A DNA stretch of 56,983 nt, filler included, from Platydemus manokwari (taxonomy: Eukaryota), in assembly GCA_037951405.1 (NCBI GenBank). It is 5 parts of 5 records of this genome, joined end to end, with 100 filler letters (N's around TTAATTAATTAA, not from the genome) between each part and the next. Parts side by side here need not be neighbours in the genome. Positions count along the whole stretch, not along the records: positions 10,848 to 26,500 come from JBBMOY011261429.1; positions 26,601 to 35,741 come from JBBMOY011293428.1; 3 more parts are not named here. One strand, written 5' to 3'. A model generated the notes under the pieces. The model was not told where the DNA came from. It saw nothing but the letters and a program-made list of their open reading frames with translations, and made no database searches. Made by a program: the position numbers and the translations under genes. Shown here one piece after another: positions 14,914 to 28,072 of the stretch (the stretch's first letter is position 1; every line of letters begins with the position of its first letter).

Positions 14914-15661
14914 ATTAGATTTTTGTGATCATATAATTATTATTATCACTGAACGGTTTATTTTTTTCTGTTCTATATTTTCTCATAATTTCTACCGGGT
15001 TGACATTGATTTGATAATTTGAAATCAATGATTAAAAACAATAAAATATTATCGATACCTTTTTGTTTTAAATATTGAGCAATTCTTTAATAAATTTATC
15101 ATCAGAGTATTTTAATTTTGCTATCTGTAGAAATTATTTTTAAAATAACTGTGTCGATTTATGGAAGATTTTTCAATGTTGAAATAATAATATGATAAAT
15201 ATATTTGATTTCGGGATTTTAGTTTTGACCTTAAAAATTTTATTACACGGTCATATTTTGGTAAAGAAAGTCTATTAGCGAACAAAATATATGAATCTGA
15301 AATTAAATGATTTATGTATGATTGGATAGATTGGGTGTGTTATTTGAATAACATTTCATTTCATTTCTAGCAATTTGCAATGCACGATTCTTCTGTATTG
15401 AGTGGCAAATCTGAGCAAACAACTGACTCTAAGAAGATCGGAAAAGTATTTTTAATGATATTGAAATTTATTTTGTGAGCTTTAATGAGCCATATTTACT
15501 TAATGATACAATCGAAAACAAACTGAGATAAAATGGATTCGTTTTCATGCGATTTATAGATGATAATGTACATCAATATAATATATGAATGGCAGATTTA
15601 TTTTATTATTAAAATTTATTTTATTATTAAAACACTCAATTTGTGTCTACAGTGATATATA

Positions 15662-16179
15662 CCGTGCGATTCATAAGTCTCTGTCTCCAAAAATGAAATA
15701 AAACAACGGTAAGAACAAACCATGAGATATCTGTGATCAGACGTTTGTGATGTCACACACACTCGTGCAGTTTCTCGTTGATTTGGGCCATCATTCTCTT
15801 TTTCAAAATTTACCACATTTTTCTTCATGATTTCATCAGACGGTCTTCCTGATCGCAACGTGGTGGATAAGTTTCCAGTTTCTTCGAATTTCTGTTTCCA
15901 GTATTGCACTGTTATCCTAGCTGGTGATGCACGATTGAAATGTTATTGAAATTCTTGACAAGCTTTGACACTACTTGCATGGCTAACTATAAGCACTATC
16001 GCCTAGCGAAAATTTAAAATCACCAGCTGCTTCCGCCATATTGTAATAATGCAACTGATTAATAAGAAAAAAGAAATAATGTACATTAATCAGTGAATAA
16101 TAATTAATATCAATGAGTATAAATAATATTGTTTTGTTGTTTTATTTTAGTTTTAGACAGAGACTTATGAATCACACGG
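15662..16179 (-). mobile_element. Non-autonomous Tc1/mariner-superfamily element (518 bp) retaining the N-terminal HTH DNA-binding region
   Basis: TIRs CCGTGCGATTCATAAGTCTCTGTC (15662) and CCGTGTGATTCATAAGTCTCTGTC (reverse complement, ending 16179), each flanked by TA. The internal minus frame reads QEFQ*HFNRASPARITVQYWKQKFEETGNLSTTLRSGRP, the typical W..KF.ETG.....RSGRP motif. No DDE domain is present. Confidence 0.88.
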
Positions 16180-19079
16180 TATATTACAATATATATTGTA
16201 CATTCAAGAAAATAACGATTATCTGAACACAGTAAACAAACCCAATTGATCTTCTTTAGAGCTTCTATTATTTCATAAACGAGGATGTTGTAGAAAACAA
16301 ATTCAAGCCACGACACACATTAAAGTGTTTGTCACCAAATTATTTAAATTAATCTTTTAAATTTTAAATCATTTTAAAACCCCCACGTAGTTGATAAATA
16401 AAATCACCACTGATGGATTAAGGTGGTTTAAAGTTAAAAGTTCTACCAGCTTCGGAATTGCTGGTTTATTTGCGATTTATCAGCTTTAGAGTGCTAAATA
16501 TCAGATAGTTAAATACTACTCTTTCTCATCAGAATTGCCTGGCTATTTTTTCAATAATTTTAAAGCGACCAGTTTTAGAATCTAGATGCCAACATTGTTG
16601 ACATGATATTTTGACTTAAACCAAGGAAATTCCTCTAATATTTTACATTGTAAGATGGAATAATCAGAATTCGTTTCATCTACTCTACTAAAATTTTTGA
16701 AACAAAGAAAATTCATCCAAATTGAAGATCGACTCTACAGTCCTAATGTCTGCTAGATAAAATATGCTCTGTTTGTCTATTGTCTGAGAATTCGTTGGCA
16801 ATTCTCCACAATTTCTATAGGAATAAATGTAACTCAATAGATTCTATTATTGTTCCGTATTATAAATGGCAAATAGATTTTCTATGCGAAACTGTTTGAC
16901 GAATGTTCTATATGGACAAATGTTATCTCCTATACTACTTGCAAATGAGGAAAATATATCATTTTTTGTATTATTGAATTCCCTTGTATCGGAATTGTTA
17001 ATTATATTTCACTATATTTCAATAAATATTGTTGAGGTATTTTGTGTATATATATCGATGAATTTGTCAACAATGGTTACTGTTGTTTTATTCATAAAAT
17101 GTTTTGTGGGTAATATTAATTAAAACTGAAAGACTATAATATTAATAATGTATATATAACAAAAACAAAAGACATAATCATTGAATTCGAAAGTTAAATT
17201 TGTTGGTTGGTTTGTGTGTTAATATGATGATTTAGGACAAAATTGGTCAATAGCAAATATAATCAAAAAGATTTCATTACAGATTATTCACACTTAAAAT
17301 GGACGGTATGAATGACAAGTGTGCACCTAAAGGTGAGAGTTGTGTGTGCTTGAGTGAAGCCTATAAGAGATTCCCAGTAATATTTAACTATAATTAAAGC
17401 TTTTTATTTTTTCGAATGTATCATTCTCATTATATTTTTTAAAAATGTTTGAGGAAATCACACTGTAATAACAGATATCTACTTGTTAAGGAGTATTTGA
17501 TAAATTGCATATTTTGATTTGCGTACTCGAATATATTGAGGCTAATGATAACATTTTGAAAAAGGATTTGAATAAAAATTTATTTATAAAGTTGCCACGG
17601 ATTCTGTCAGATATAATATAAAAATGTCTTAAACTGTGGGAATTTCATCTCGAAAAGGTGAGCACAGTGGGTAATGGTTTTGATACTAGAACTGATATAG
17701 ACAATGAAAATGATAACTCCAATAGATTCGATATAGATAATGGATAATTAACGAATACTCTAAGTGCCAAACTAGAATCATCAGATGAGTAAAGGACATA
17801 CGCAGCGTGGATTTAATACTCATCAAACCTGGTATTAGCTTATCGATCTTAATAAAACTTTTCTAATCGGAAAAGAATTACCTAACTTAGAATGTTACTA
17901 AAATAAAAGCGCATAGCGATTCGAATTAATCTTAACCATCAACTGAGACAACAATGATCGTATGACCAATCCTTCGGAGAGTGTCTCACATTTTGACAGG
18001 ACAAGTTTGCCAAATTTATCTTAAAATCATATATTTCTGAAGTAAATATTTATTATAACTGGTTATCTACAAATTCATTTAATGAAATTATCTTGTCCAA
18101 CTTCTCAAATTGAATCATATTATATGTCTAAACCCAGTCTGATGTGTGCCATTTATTTAATATTTTCGTAACCGATATTAAAGTAGTTTTAATAAAAGAA
18201 TCCGCAATTATAATTATATCAATCAATAAATCCTTGATAAAATTTAGAGAATTCTTTATAATAAACCAGACATACGCTGAGATCCAAATGAAAAAAAATA
18301 TTATATTTATTACAAAAGTAGATAAAAACGACAAATGAATATTTTTTTGCATTCATCTTTGTAGTTTCTCATCCTTGATTGAATCAATGAATTTTGTCTT
18401 TCACTACCATCAATCAATCAACCATTTGTTTTTCTGTCATTTGAAGAGTTTTTCACTGGACGCGTTCTTTTAATTTTCATGACGCCTCTATTGACATTTC
18501 CATCACTAAATTATTGTTGTTTTTTATGCGTTTACACTCGCATATGATTATGTTTTGAATTCGGACTTTTTTCGGTCAGTTCTCCGTGAGACCGACTCGT
18601 AGATTGGCATATTTCCATTGCATAACCAGTTTTTCTTTCCATTTAACTCTATATTGGATTTAAAATAGGGGAAAAAATGAAGAAACGAGCGAAAATATAT
18701 GAATTCACGTTTGTTATTTTATCGATTTATGATAAGATAAAAAATGTCTGACTTGTTTAGTTGGTGCGTTATGTAATAGTTGAGTGTGCTTTTGAATAGA
18801 TCTGTGATAGGTCTATTTATTATTGCGTAAGTCCTCCGATGAGAAAGGGATTGATAAAAATAAAGTACTTTAATATCCAGACTAAGAATATTCGCAATTA
18901 CTGGATAAATTTATTATCGGTTTAATTATCATTTACTTCCTTTTCTTTTACACTACACGAATAATTGAGAAACCCACGTTGAAATTATTTTTCCTAGTAC
19001 CTTGAAACCCAACATTACATTATTAGCTCTGGAAATATGAAAGTTATCTTATTAAAATGGAAGATATTAAATCAAAACA

Positions 19080-19300
19080 CAATCACATCGGTTGCTTATA
19101 TTCGATTGTGTAATCCGCCGACAAACAGGTTTCCTAGTCTATGCTTCTCATCAGTATCTAATAGGAATCCGAATCCGCCATCTTATAATTTACTGATGTA
19201 TCGATTGGAATTGATAGCTATACAGCGTGATAATATTATCGTTTGGATGCCAGGATTTTGTTTCACATCAGCACTTTCCTTAGATTCAGCTTATCATCAC
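19080..19300 (-). mobile_element. Possible Gypsy gag remnant
   Basis: The minus frame RYISKL*DGGFGFLLDTDEKHRLGNLFVGGLHNRI loosely follows the gag y...l........e.....fv.Gl...i pattern. It is short and degraded. Confidence 0.25.
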
Positions 19301-20559
19301 AATATTTCTTTGACTCAAAAAATAAAATAATTAATTGATAATATTAATATTTTCTTTTCATCAGGTTCCATTTTGTTGATATGAATTGATTATTTATGCT
19401 TTTCAATATTGTATCGGTTAATTTAAGAATCATTTTTATCACGATAATTTGTTGATGTGTCAAATCCAATAATTAATTTCTCATCATTTCTAGTATTCTA
19501 TTGTTGTCTCTAAGTTTTATTGACAATTTTCTTTTGACAGGTCTCATCACCGGCAGCATCTCAACTGACCGTGACCAGTATGAATGCGTCATCGACAATA
19601 ATAGTAAGCTATGAAATATCATTAATATATATTATGATTGATGTCACTTTCACGGTGTTGATTGGAAGAACGATTTGTGTTTTTATCACAATATTTTTTT
19701 CTGTAATAAAAAGCAAAATTTTAACAAATTCGCTCAATTACCACAGCCGACTGATCAGTGATCAAGAAAATTAGGAACATGTCCGTTTATCGTGTTTGAT
19801 GTTGATATTCGTTTGTGTGTTAATTCTGGTGTGAAGTGGTGATTACAAGTACATTACAATACATTAAATGATTTGCAGGAAAAATAAATAATGTCCTCAT
19901 ATCTATTTCATTGACTAGCATTTATAATTCTCTTTAATTTGATTGGTTGAAATTTTCAATCAAAAATCCATGATTATTGACAGTACAATAATATATGGAC
20001 AACGTTAATTTTTGCACTGATTAAAGTGACAATTATTTTGAGAAAGACTAAAGCTAAGATTATTAAAGAAGTTTTTGTTTTAAAATCGATTTTCAAAGGA
20101 ATGAATTGTAACCCATGACTAGAAATGAGAGTGTGTTCCATTAGTGTGTATGAGGGTGTGTGCGTTGGCATGTATTGGTGAAGATAAGAATAGGTTGAGA
20201 AATAATGTGAATAATAGTACAAGCAGTATAATATTGTGTAAAATTACAAGAATATAACAAGTAACAACAGCGGTACAACTTAAAACTATATTAGTAATAA
20301 TTGTTAACGGTTATGGATAATCCATCCACCATGTGTGTCGCATCAGCCAGTCTCTAATCTCAAAACTATGGCTATTTTAATAAATTTCATTAAATCAGTT
20401 AATACTTGATCGTTTCGGTTCCATATCACCATATGTCTCATTAATAATAATAATACAAAAATACTATAATAAGGACATGGGAAAAGAGGAATAATGATTA
20501 TTATTATATATTATTAGAGGTTATGTTCAGTGATTATTATGCGATTATCGTTGATAATA

Positions 20560-20900
20560 TTAAAAATAATAATTACGACAATAATATAATTATAATAATA
20601 TGGGAAATAACAATTTTTACTATAAATATCATACAGCAAAAAAGAGAATATTGATAATAATGGTTGATAATAATAAGAAAAATATGTATGGCAATGATAA
20701 TAATGGTTTTAATATTATTAAAAATCAACATATGATCAAGAAAAATATGAATGGCAATAATAATAATATAATTGTTATAAAAAAAGTGTAAACTATTATA
20801 AAATAATCTAATAATAATAGCATCTAAATGACAAGACGATAACTATACTAATGTCAATAATAGATGATGTTTATAATAAAATAATTTTCCTAATTATAAT
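20560..20900. repeat. AAT-rich low-complexity tract
   Basis: Degenerate aataat runs, which explain the Asn-rich spurious ORF 20600-20791. Confidence 0.7.
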
Positions 20901-22098
20901 AATAAAATGATAATTTTATAATTATATTGCAACGAAACCTTTGGTCATTTTTGGTTGCTACTATGAATTTCCTAACAATCTTTGCACCACAATAATTATT
21001 AAGCGATGTTTTTATAAGTGATTATAAAGATAGTTTTATATATTATTTATATATTCTCTAAATTTTCTTATCGATTTCTCTATATTTCTAATATTTATTC
21101 TTCCCACAGTACACATCTAAATAACTAGAGTTACATCGATTATTATTATTTCGTTATATTCTTATTTTATAAATACTAATATGACTACTTTAAATCAAAC
21201 TATATTGATCAAAATCAATATTATTGCTTAATGTGTTCCTTCAATCCACTCTCTCACAGTCGAACCGAACTCCCCAACCAATCGATTTGTCACAATTTCA
21301 ATAAAATTATGAAAAGATGCCATCGATAAATAGTTTTTTGTAAAAAATTATTAACGTTTATCGATCATAATTTTATAATTCTCTCAGTCGTCATGACAAC
21401 AATTATTATAATTAAAATAACAATATTATTGTTATTATTATTAAAGAAAAATAAAAATGGTTAAAATGTTAATCACATTATAAAATGGTTTCCTCTTTAT
21501 CATATTTCCTTAAAGGATCTCTGCAATTTGAGAAAAAAAATTCCTCAAAATCAATAACTGTCGACAAATTGTACTTTTATTTGAAAATATGAGAATGTTT
21601 ATTGTTTTTTCATCTTAAATATTTGATTTTTTATTCATCTTTTTATCATCAACAAATCGTTTTGTATTACTATTTGTTTGACAATAATAATTATTATTAT
21701 GATGTTATATGATCAAACAGTTCTGTAAACAAATTTTCATCATTATCGTTCAATTCTTTTTTATCATTTATTATCGAATTTATACAGCATTATTTTTGTA
21801 AGAATTTGCTGGACATATTTTCGATCAAGCGATCATAAACTGTCAAGTAATTTTCAAACAATATTAATAAATAATCCAATAATGTGAAAAGTATTGTGAT
21901 AAAATAAACATTCTTTAACGAACAGTGTCTCGATCATATTGCTAACATGGATTTTTCTCGATCATAATCGCTAATTTTTATTTTTCTCTTGGGGTGTATA
22001 TGCTTATGGGTTCTGTAACGAGAGGTATTTTAAGTTTTCGAATATGTTAATGACGTCATCATTATTTGCAGATCTAGAAAAATAAAATAACTAAGTAC

Positions 22099-22102
<4 letters not shown>

Positions 22103-22130
<28 letters not shown>
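22103..22130. repeat. (AT)14 microsatellite
   Basis: Perfect dinucleotide run. Confidence 0.95.
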
Positions 22131-22133
<3 letters not shown>

Positions 22134-24629
22134 TTAATAAAGCTTTTTGATAATCATCATGTTCAGGTAATAATGTGTGATATAATTAAGCTGATGAAAA
22201 ATTCAGGATAGATCTGTGATTGACAGACAATACTGGCTGGCGATTGTCATCCCCTCACTGACACGAGAGGATATATAGTTTTGTGATTTATTTTCTAGCA
22301 ATAAATGCTTTAGGTTAATGATATCGTTTATTTGATGGTTACATGAAAACTATCTGTAAATACAGATGTTGTAATAGATCAGATATAATTCTCTGTGAAA
22401 AAAAACATCGACAATTCTAAACGTATCTTATATCATTCTTTGGTGTGGTTGGATTTGTTGAAATTTGTGATAGTTAAAAAAGAGGTTGTAATTCCATCAG
22501 ATCTCCCAACATATAGGTATTTTTAATTAACTTGTGGAACAAATGACCTATTTTGAATTATTGTACTGCAAAACTAGACATATTCAATTGCAAAGTAATG
22601 ACCCTGTCTGACGATATATTAATTTGTATTTTTTGTGTTTTTCATCACTATATGAACGATTGACGGATTTGTTTGGTGCTAAAATAAATTACAAATTATC
22701 ATCCAAAGTACAACATTTATCGAGTACATTTTACAATTAAAATATTTAATGGAATTCTCAAAAAACCCTAGTATTTATCGTCATTAAATCCAGTTGTATT
22801 TGTGGTGATATTAGAATCAATTAATACTTAAATGATCGTTTTAAATTTCAAATATATTGATATGAAAAATATGTAAATGATCATATTGATTTGTATGCAT
22901 ATTTGAATTAAATATACTTTTGTGGCTTGAAGTTATTAAATTCGTGTTCAATTATTATGCAATAAAATAGTAGCAGCTCATACGGTGATCACGCAATTGG
23001 ATTCGATTCTGATAAGATAAATATGCTCGAAAAATACAGCAGAGAATATAAAGAAGATAGAAACTACAGAAAAAGTAGAAGACATGGAGAATAAATACGT
23101 ACTTATATATAGACAAATATATGGAGAGCCAGATACAGATGATATAAAGAATATATAGATAAATCCTCAGATAGATGGAGAAAAATAAATAGAATTCGAA
23201 ACCAATAAATGAGAAGATCAATATTGGAAAGAAAGGGGATTTGAGGATTTCAAAATCAATTAATATTTCAATGGTCATTTTAAATAGAAAATATATTTGT
23301 TTTAAAAATATAATCTGCTTGAATAATTTCATTAAATATACTTGCGTGGATTGAAGTTCTCATATTCGTTTTCGATTCGTATTTGTTGAAACAGCATCAG
23401 CTAATAGCTTACACGAGGGTTTCATTTTAATATAATTATCTATGGTTTTATTTGAAATTATTTTTCAAAACTCATTGCACCTCGAACGATTCACCTAGAC
23501 CAGTTAGCGAATCGAACATTTATGTGTATTTATATTAGAGATTGTTGTGACAAAAAACCGAATGAGTGTGAGATAGAGAATTTTACTAATTGACAACCTA
23601 CGTAAATTTTTTTTTCGTTTTGTTGACATGTGATAAATAGCCAGTCATCACACTGTATTTGGCCAATAATTGTAAATAATTGGTTTTGAAAATGCGTATT
23701 AAATTATTTTTGCTCTATGATATGTTAACACCAAATCCGACGGCTTGGCTGAAATTCCCCATTTTTTTTATTATTTTGACAAGAATATCACTGTCTAAGA
23801 TTACTGTTTTATCATCGATTGACTTTCTGTGGAATGTCTACTATATATATCGAAGCGGTGAAGTATAAAAAATCAAATATTAAACACGTTTCATTTATTG
23901 TTATAGCAATTTTGGATATAATTTATTCTATTGTTCTCTGATTTTTTTAGATTTTAAAAACGTATCATAATTTTCACCTTATGTTTCATATTTTTAGTAC
24001 GTTTCGATGAGTACAAACTTGATATAAGTTCATACGAGTTTATAATTAATTGATCTTTGATCTTTTTTCTGGTTGTTATCTCATTATATATCGTATATAT
24101 CGTATCTCATACGCAACCATAATGATGTTCTCGTCACTTTATCGATTATTAATAGTTGAAACAATAAATCAGATGGGTTTTGTGGTTCTGGAATTCGGTT
24201 GAATAACGAGGAGGATATTTTCTTTATGTTGTTGATGAGAGTTGTTTTCGAAATGTTTCACACTGCACCAATTAGTGATTAAATCCGTTGAAAAACTTTT
24301 TGATTAGTTTATTCAATGTTTGATGGCCGAGTCATTCTGCACATTTCTTTCACCATTAACACTGTTAACGATATTTAAATTAAGGGAATGACTGTATTTA
24401 TGAGAAATGTTTTTTTTTCTTTTTTCGATTTTTTATTTTGATTTTTTCTTTTGTAAGGTCGTTAAAATTCTCCACTCCGAGTTATTTCGTAATTAGATGT
24501 TGAATTGTTTTTATTATTGATATCTTGGTAAATAATATATTCGATAAGATATATATTTTTGGTTATTTTTTATGTTTTTTCAGGTTTTTTCTTTTCTTAG
24601 TTGTAAGGCGTCTTTTGATTTTTGTGGAC

Positions 24630-26150
24630 TTTTTTTTAATAAATTTTGAGTTTCCTGCTTACCATTGAATTCATTTCAAAGGCGATACATAGCAGCGTTT
24701 ATTTATTTTAAAATATAAAAAATTAATCAAAAATATTCTTATCAATTTAAAAACATCTTTGACCTCGATTTAAGTAGAGCAAATTCTTATTTTATTTCCA
24801 ATCCTACCCACGAATATTCTCTACTAACACACTCAAGATTTTTTCATCGATTTAAATTATTGTTGAAGACGACTCCTCTTCAGAGTGTATGGTTGAATTC
24901 AATGATGTTTTATGTAATTATGGTAATTCAAGTTCAATTATGTTTTCTGATTTTGTTGAAATGAACGAAATGATGATGAATTAGTAAAAATCATCGGACA
25001 CAGTATTGAAGCATTGAGAAAATCTGTGATTGTTATGAACAATAAAACAAGTAGGAGGAAATTATTCGTTAGGTTTTTTTTGAAAGCGAGTTTTATTTCT
25101 CGAAAATACAATTATAATTTTCCGATATTTTTTCCATTGTGAAGAATTCTGACAAATCCATTGAAATGAGAGATTTGTAAATATTAATTGACATTAATCG
25201 TTTAGTTCAACATTGGTCTCGTCGATGTGTTTGATGAGCAGCTCTTCTATTCTAGGAGCAAAGATCTTTTATTATTCTTTGCTAGATCAATTTTTTGTTT
25301 ATGTAGGAATCGGGAAAATTTTACATCGATATTTTATTGTTGTTGAGTTGAATTAGAATCTTATTGATTGTCTTTATACAAAACGAGAATTTATAATCTG
25401 GATTTCTCACAGATCCGTACTTGGAAAATGATAAGATTCGAAAAAATGTATTTATTTATTGAAATAAAAGTAAATAGTACACCAATTGGTTCGATAAATG
25501 GTTATTTTTTAGACATTTCCTTTTCGACCACTCCAAAATGTGCACAACTGGTTTATACCGACCGCTACTGTGTGCCATTCAGCATTATATCTTACTATTT
25601 CATGAGTAACTGCTCTAATTGCTATTCTGAGGAAAAATCTTTTGAAATATCCTTCAATCAATTATTTTATTGAATTTTTATCGATCAACATTAAAATAAT
25701 TGATAATTACAATGAAATTATCCGAACTTTCAACATCACAACCCCATACATATACTATTTCTCGAAAATCTTATGGAAGCTAATAGCTAACATTACAATC
25801 GTTGAATTGCACATCGATATTTGTTCTCGGATTTATCATTGAAAATTGAGATATGGAATAAACATTATGCCATTCATTCACAGAAATACGATTATTGCAT
25901 GCATATATCAATGTTGTCGAACAATAATTATGTGTGGAATAATTGTCTATGGAAATGGTGGCAAATATTCATCGATATCAATGAAAATAAAATTGTGCAA
26001 GGCAAAATGAATAAAATAGTTATCGTAGACTTGACGAATTAACACAATTCATTATCAGAGTGGCCATTTCATGACTTTTGGAAGTGGCATTAAATATTGA
26101 AATCCATTAGGTCAATGTTTACCTTTCATCATCACTATCAACTGTGTAGA
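24630..26150 (-). mobile_element. Heavily degraded Ulp1-protease/RT non-LTR (NeSL-like) retrotransposon relic
   Basis: Minus-strand fragments occur in the expected order: TIIPHIIIVRQH*YMHAII (Ulp1 HW motif with W changed to stop), TQ*RSV*TSCAHF (Q..C motif), KDLCS*NRRAAH, ENIRG*DWK and QW*AGNSKFIKK (RT N-terminal motifs). There are many stops and frameshifts. Confidence 0.4.
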
Positions 26151-26500
26151 TATGTGTATTGAATATGTTATTATTATATTATCAATATGATTTTCAAAAT
26201 GTGGTATTAAATATTTCACAGATCTCAAATATCGAGTAGAATTTCAATTCATTTTTAGAAATATCTATAAGATTTTTCTTTGTTAGCGATATATTTATAA
26301 TCTTGTATAACAAGTAATAAAACAGGCTTATAATGATGGAAATATAATATAAACATTGTTCTATAGCGATAATCATTATGTAGGTCATATTCTAAAATAT
26401 TTTTCAGTGAATTATTATGGTTTAAATCGATTCATTAATAGTAGAGTGCAATTCCCATAATATATGCTTCATATTATAATATGGTTTTGAATTTATAGAT

Positions 26501-26600
26501 NNNNNNNNNNNNNNNNNNNNNNNNNNNNNNNNNNNNNNNNNNNNTTAATTAATTAANNNNNNNNNNNNNNNNNNNNNNNNNNNNNNNNNNNNNNNNNNNN
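26501..26600. other. Artificial contig spacer
   Basis: N44-TTAATTAATTAA-N44. Confidence 0.97.
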
Positions 26601-26850
26601 TCCAATCCCGGTACCCATTCATCTGTCCATCCTGTATATTTATATTTCCATCTCTGCTCCATTAATAATTCCAATTCCGGTACTGTTTCTTTTCCCTTGG
26701 TGGTTATCCACTCATAATGACTATCCTCTTCTTCACTTATCATTTGAAACTCTATTATAGCTTTTCCTTCTGCTCTTCTTAGATTTTCTCTTCCTCTTTC
26801 TATGTCGTCAAACGCTACTCCTCCTCTAACTGTAGATCTTTTATATTGAT
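26601..26850 (-). mobile_element. Second copy (contig-end fragment) of the purine-rich multi-UBL element
   Basis: The reverse complement GAAATATAAATATACAGGATGGACAGATGAATGGGTACCGGGATTGGA nearly matches 40681-40728. The frame is open for about 80 codons (...KAIIEFQMISEEEDSHYEWITTKGKETVPELELLMEQRWKYKYTGWTDEWVPGL) and is cut by the gap. Confidence 0.85.
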
Positions 26851-28072
26851 AGAAATATTTTTTTTCGTGTTGTCGTTAATGAGAAGCAAAGATCTATTTT
26901 CATTTTCTAATGAATTGTAGTAGCTAAAAATATAATTTTACGTTTTTCATTTATTCTTAAGGATTACATTACATATATTAGTAATTGAAACAATGATAAA
27001 AACTTCAACCACAGGAATACACAATCTCTTTTTATTTCATTATATATAACTGATCTTTAATATGAGTTGTTTATATTTACTTTTGGGCATTTTAAACATG
27101 ATGATACGAGTCTTGAATTGTAAAATGGCTACGTTTTTATTAAACTAAGTCTCATAAATGTCTTATCGGTTGGGGGATGTAATAAAATATATTAGTTCCC
27201 GTTAAGATTATATTTTTCCAATTCCAAAATTTATATTACATTTTCGACATTATGTGTTCTTTTATTAATAAATCATTTGAAAATAATCGAATCCTCTAAC
27301 AATATTAAAATTACTTTTGAAAATGAGTTCAGATTTAAAACAAAACAACAAACAGTAAAAGAATTTTTGGATCATTTGAGGTCATCTCAATTGTTCAGAA
27401 ATATCTATTTGTTAGTTGAATTGATGATAATGTAAATTGTTTGATAATTATTGTAAGAGTTGATGCTATTGTTAATGAATGGAACATTCAGTATAATTCA
27501 GACAAATCTTTTGATCTTATTTTAGTAGCAGACATCTGAATTGTGTTCATGAAGATTACATTTTATTTTCAGCATTTTCATTAAATATTATGGTGAAAAT
27601 TAATTTTCATTGTTTGATTATAAAAATCATTCGAAATTTCATGTTTTCATTTCTATAAATCTGATGATTTTAATATTTAATTTAGTTTGTTGTGAAGTAA
27701 TTTTTCGATCAAATTAATCCATATTAACAATAAATACAAGATAAATAGTAACTAAAATCAAATCAATATATTGATTAATTTCAGCAATATTAAGTCTGTT
27801 CAGATAACCTATTGAAGAAATAATGAATTCGGAATATTGATAAAAAATTGAATTTTAGCATTTTACCTTAAAAATTTATTTCTAAAAATATAAAAAGATA
27901 ATTGGTGACATTGAATTGATTTCGAGCTTTAGAAAATAATGTGCTTCATTTAATATTTTTTTGATATCTGTGTAAGAATAAATTGGCACAATGCATGTTA
28001 CTTATTAAAATAACGAAAATTACATTATTATTGTTATTATGAGCAAAATAATATTTTGCTTTTTAATGCTAG

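Noticed and set aside
21980-22080. YMLMGSV...FEYVNDVIIIC resembling Gypsy RT motifs
   Set aside because: Too short and degenerate to call, and could be chance.
1690-22210. Hammerhead-ribozyme-like CTGATGA cores (about 1697, about 19150 minus, about 22192)
   Set aside because: No closing stem II with C-GAAA and no flanking helices could be formed.
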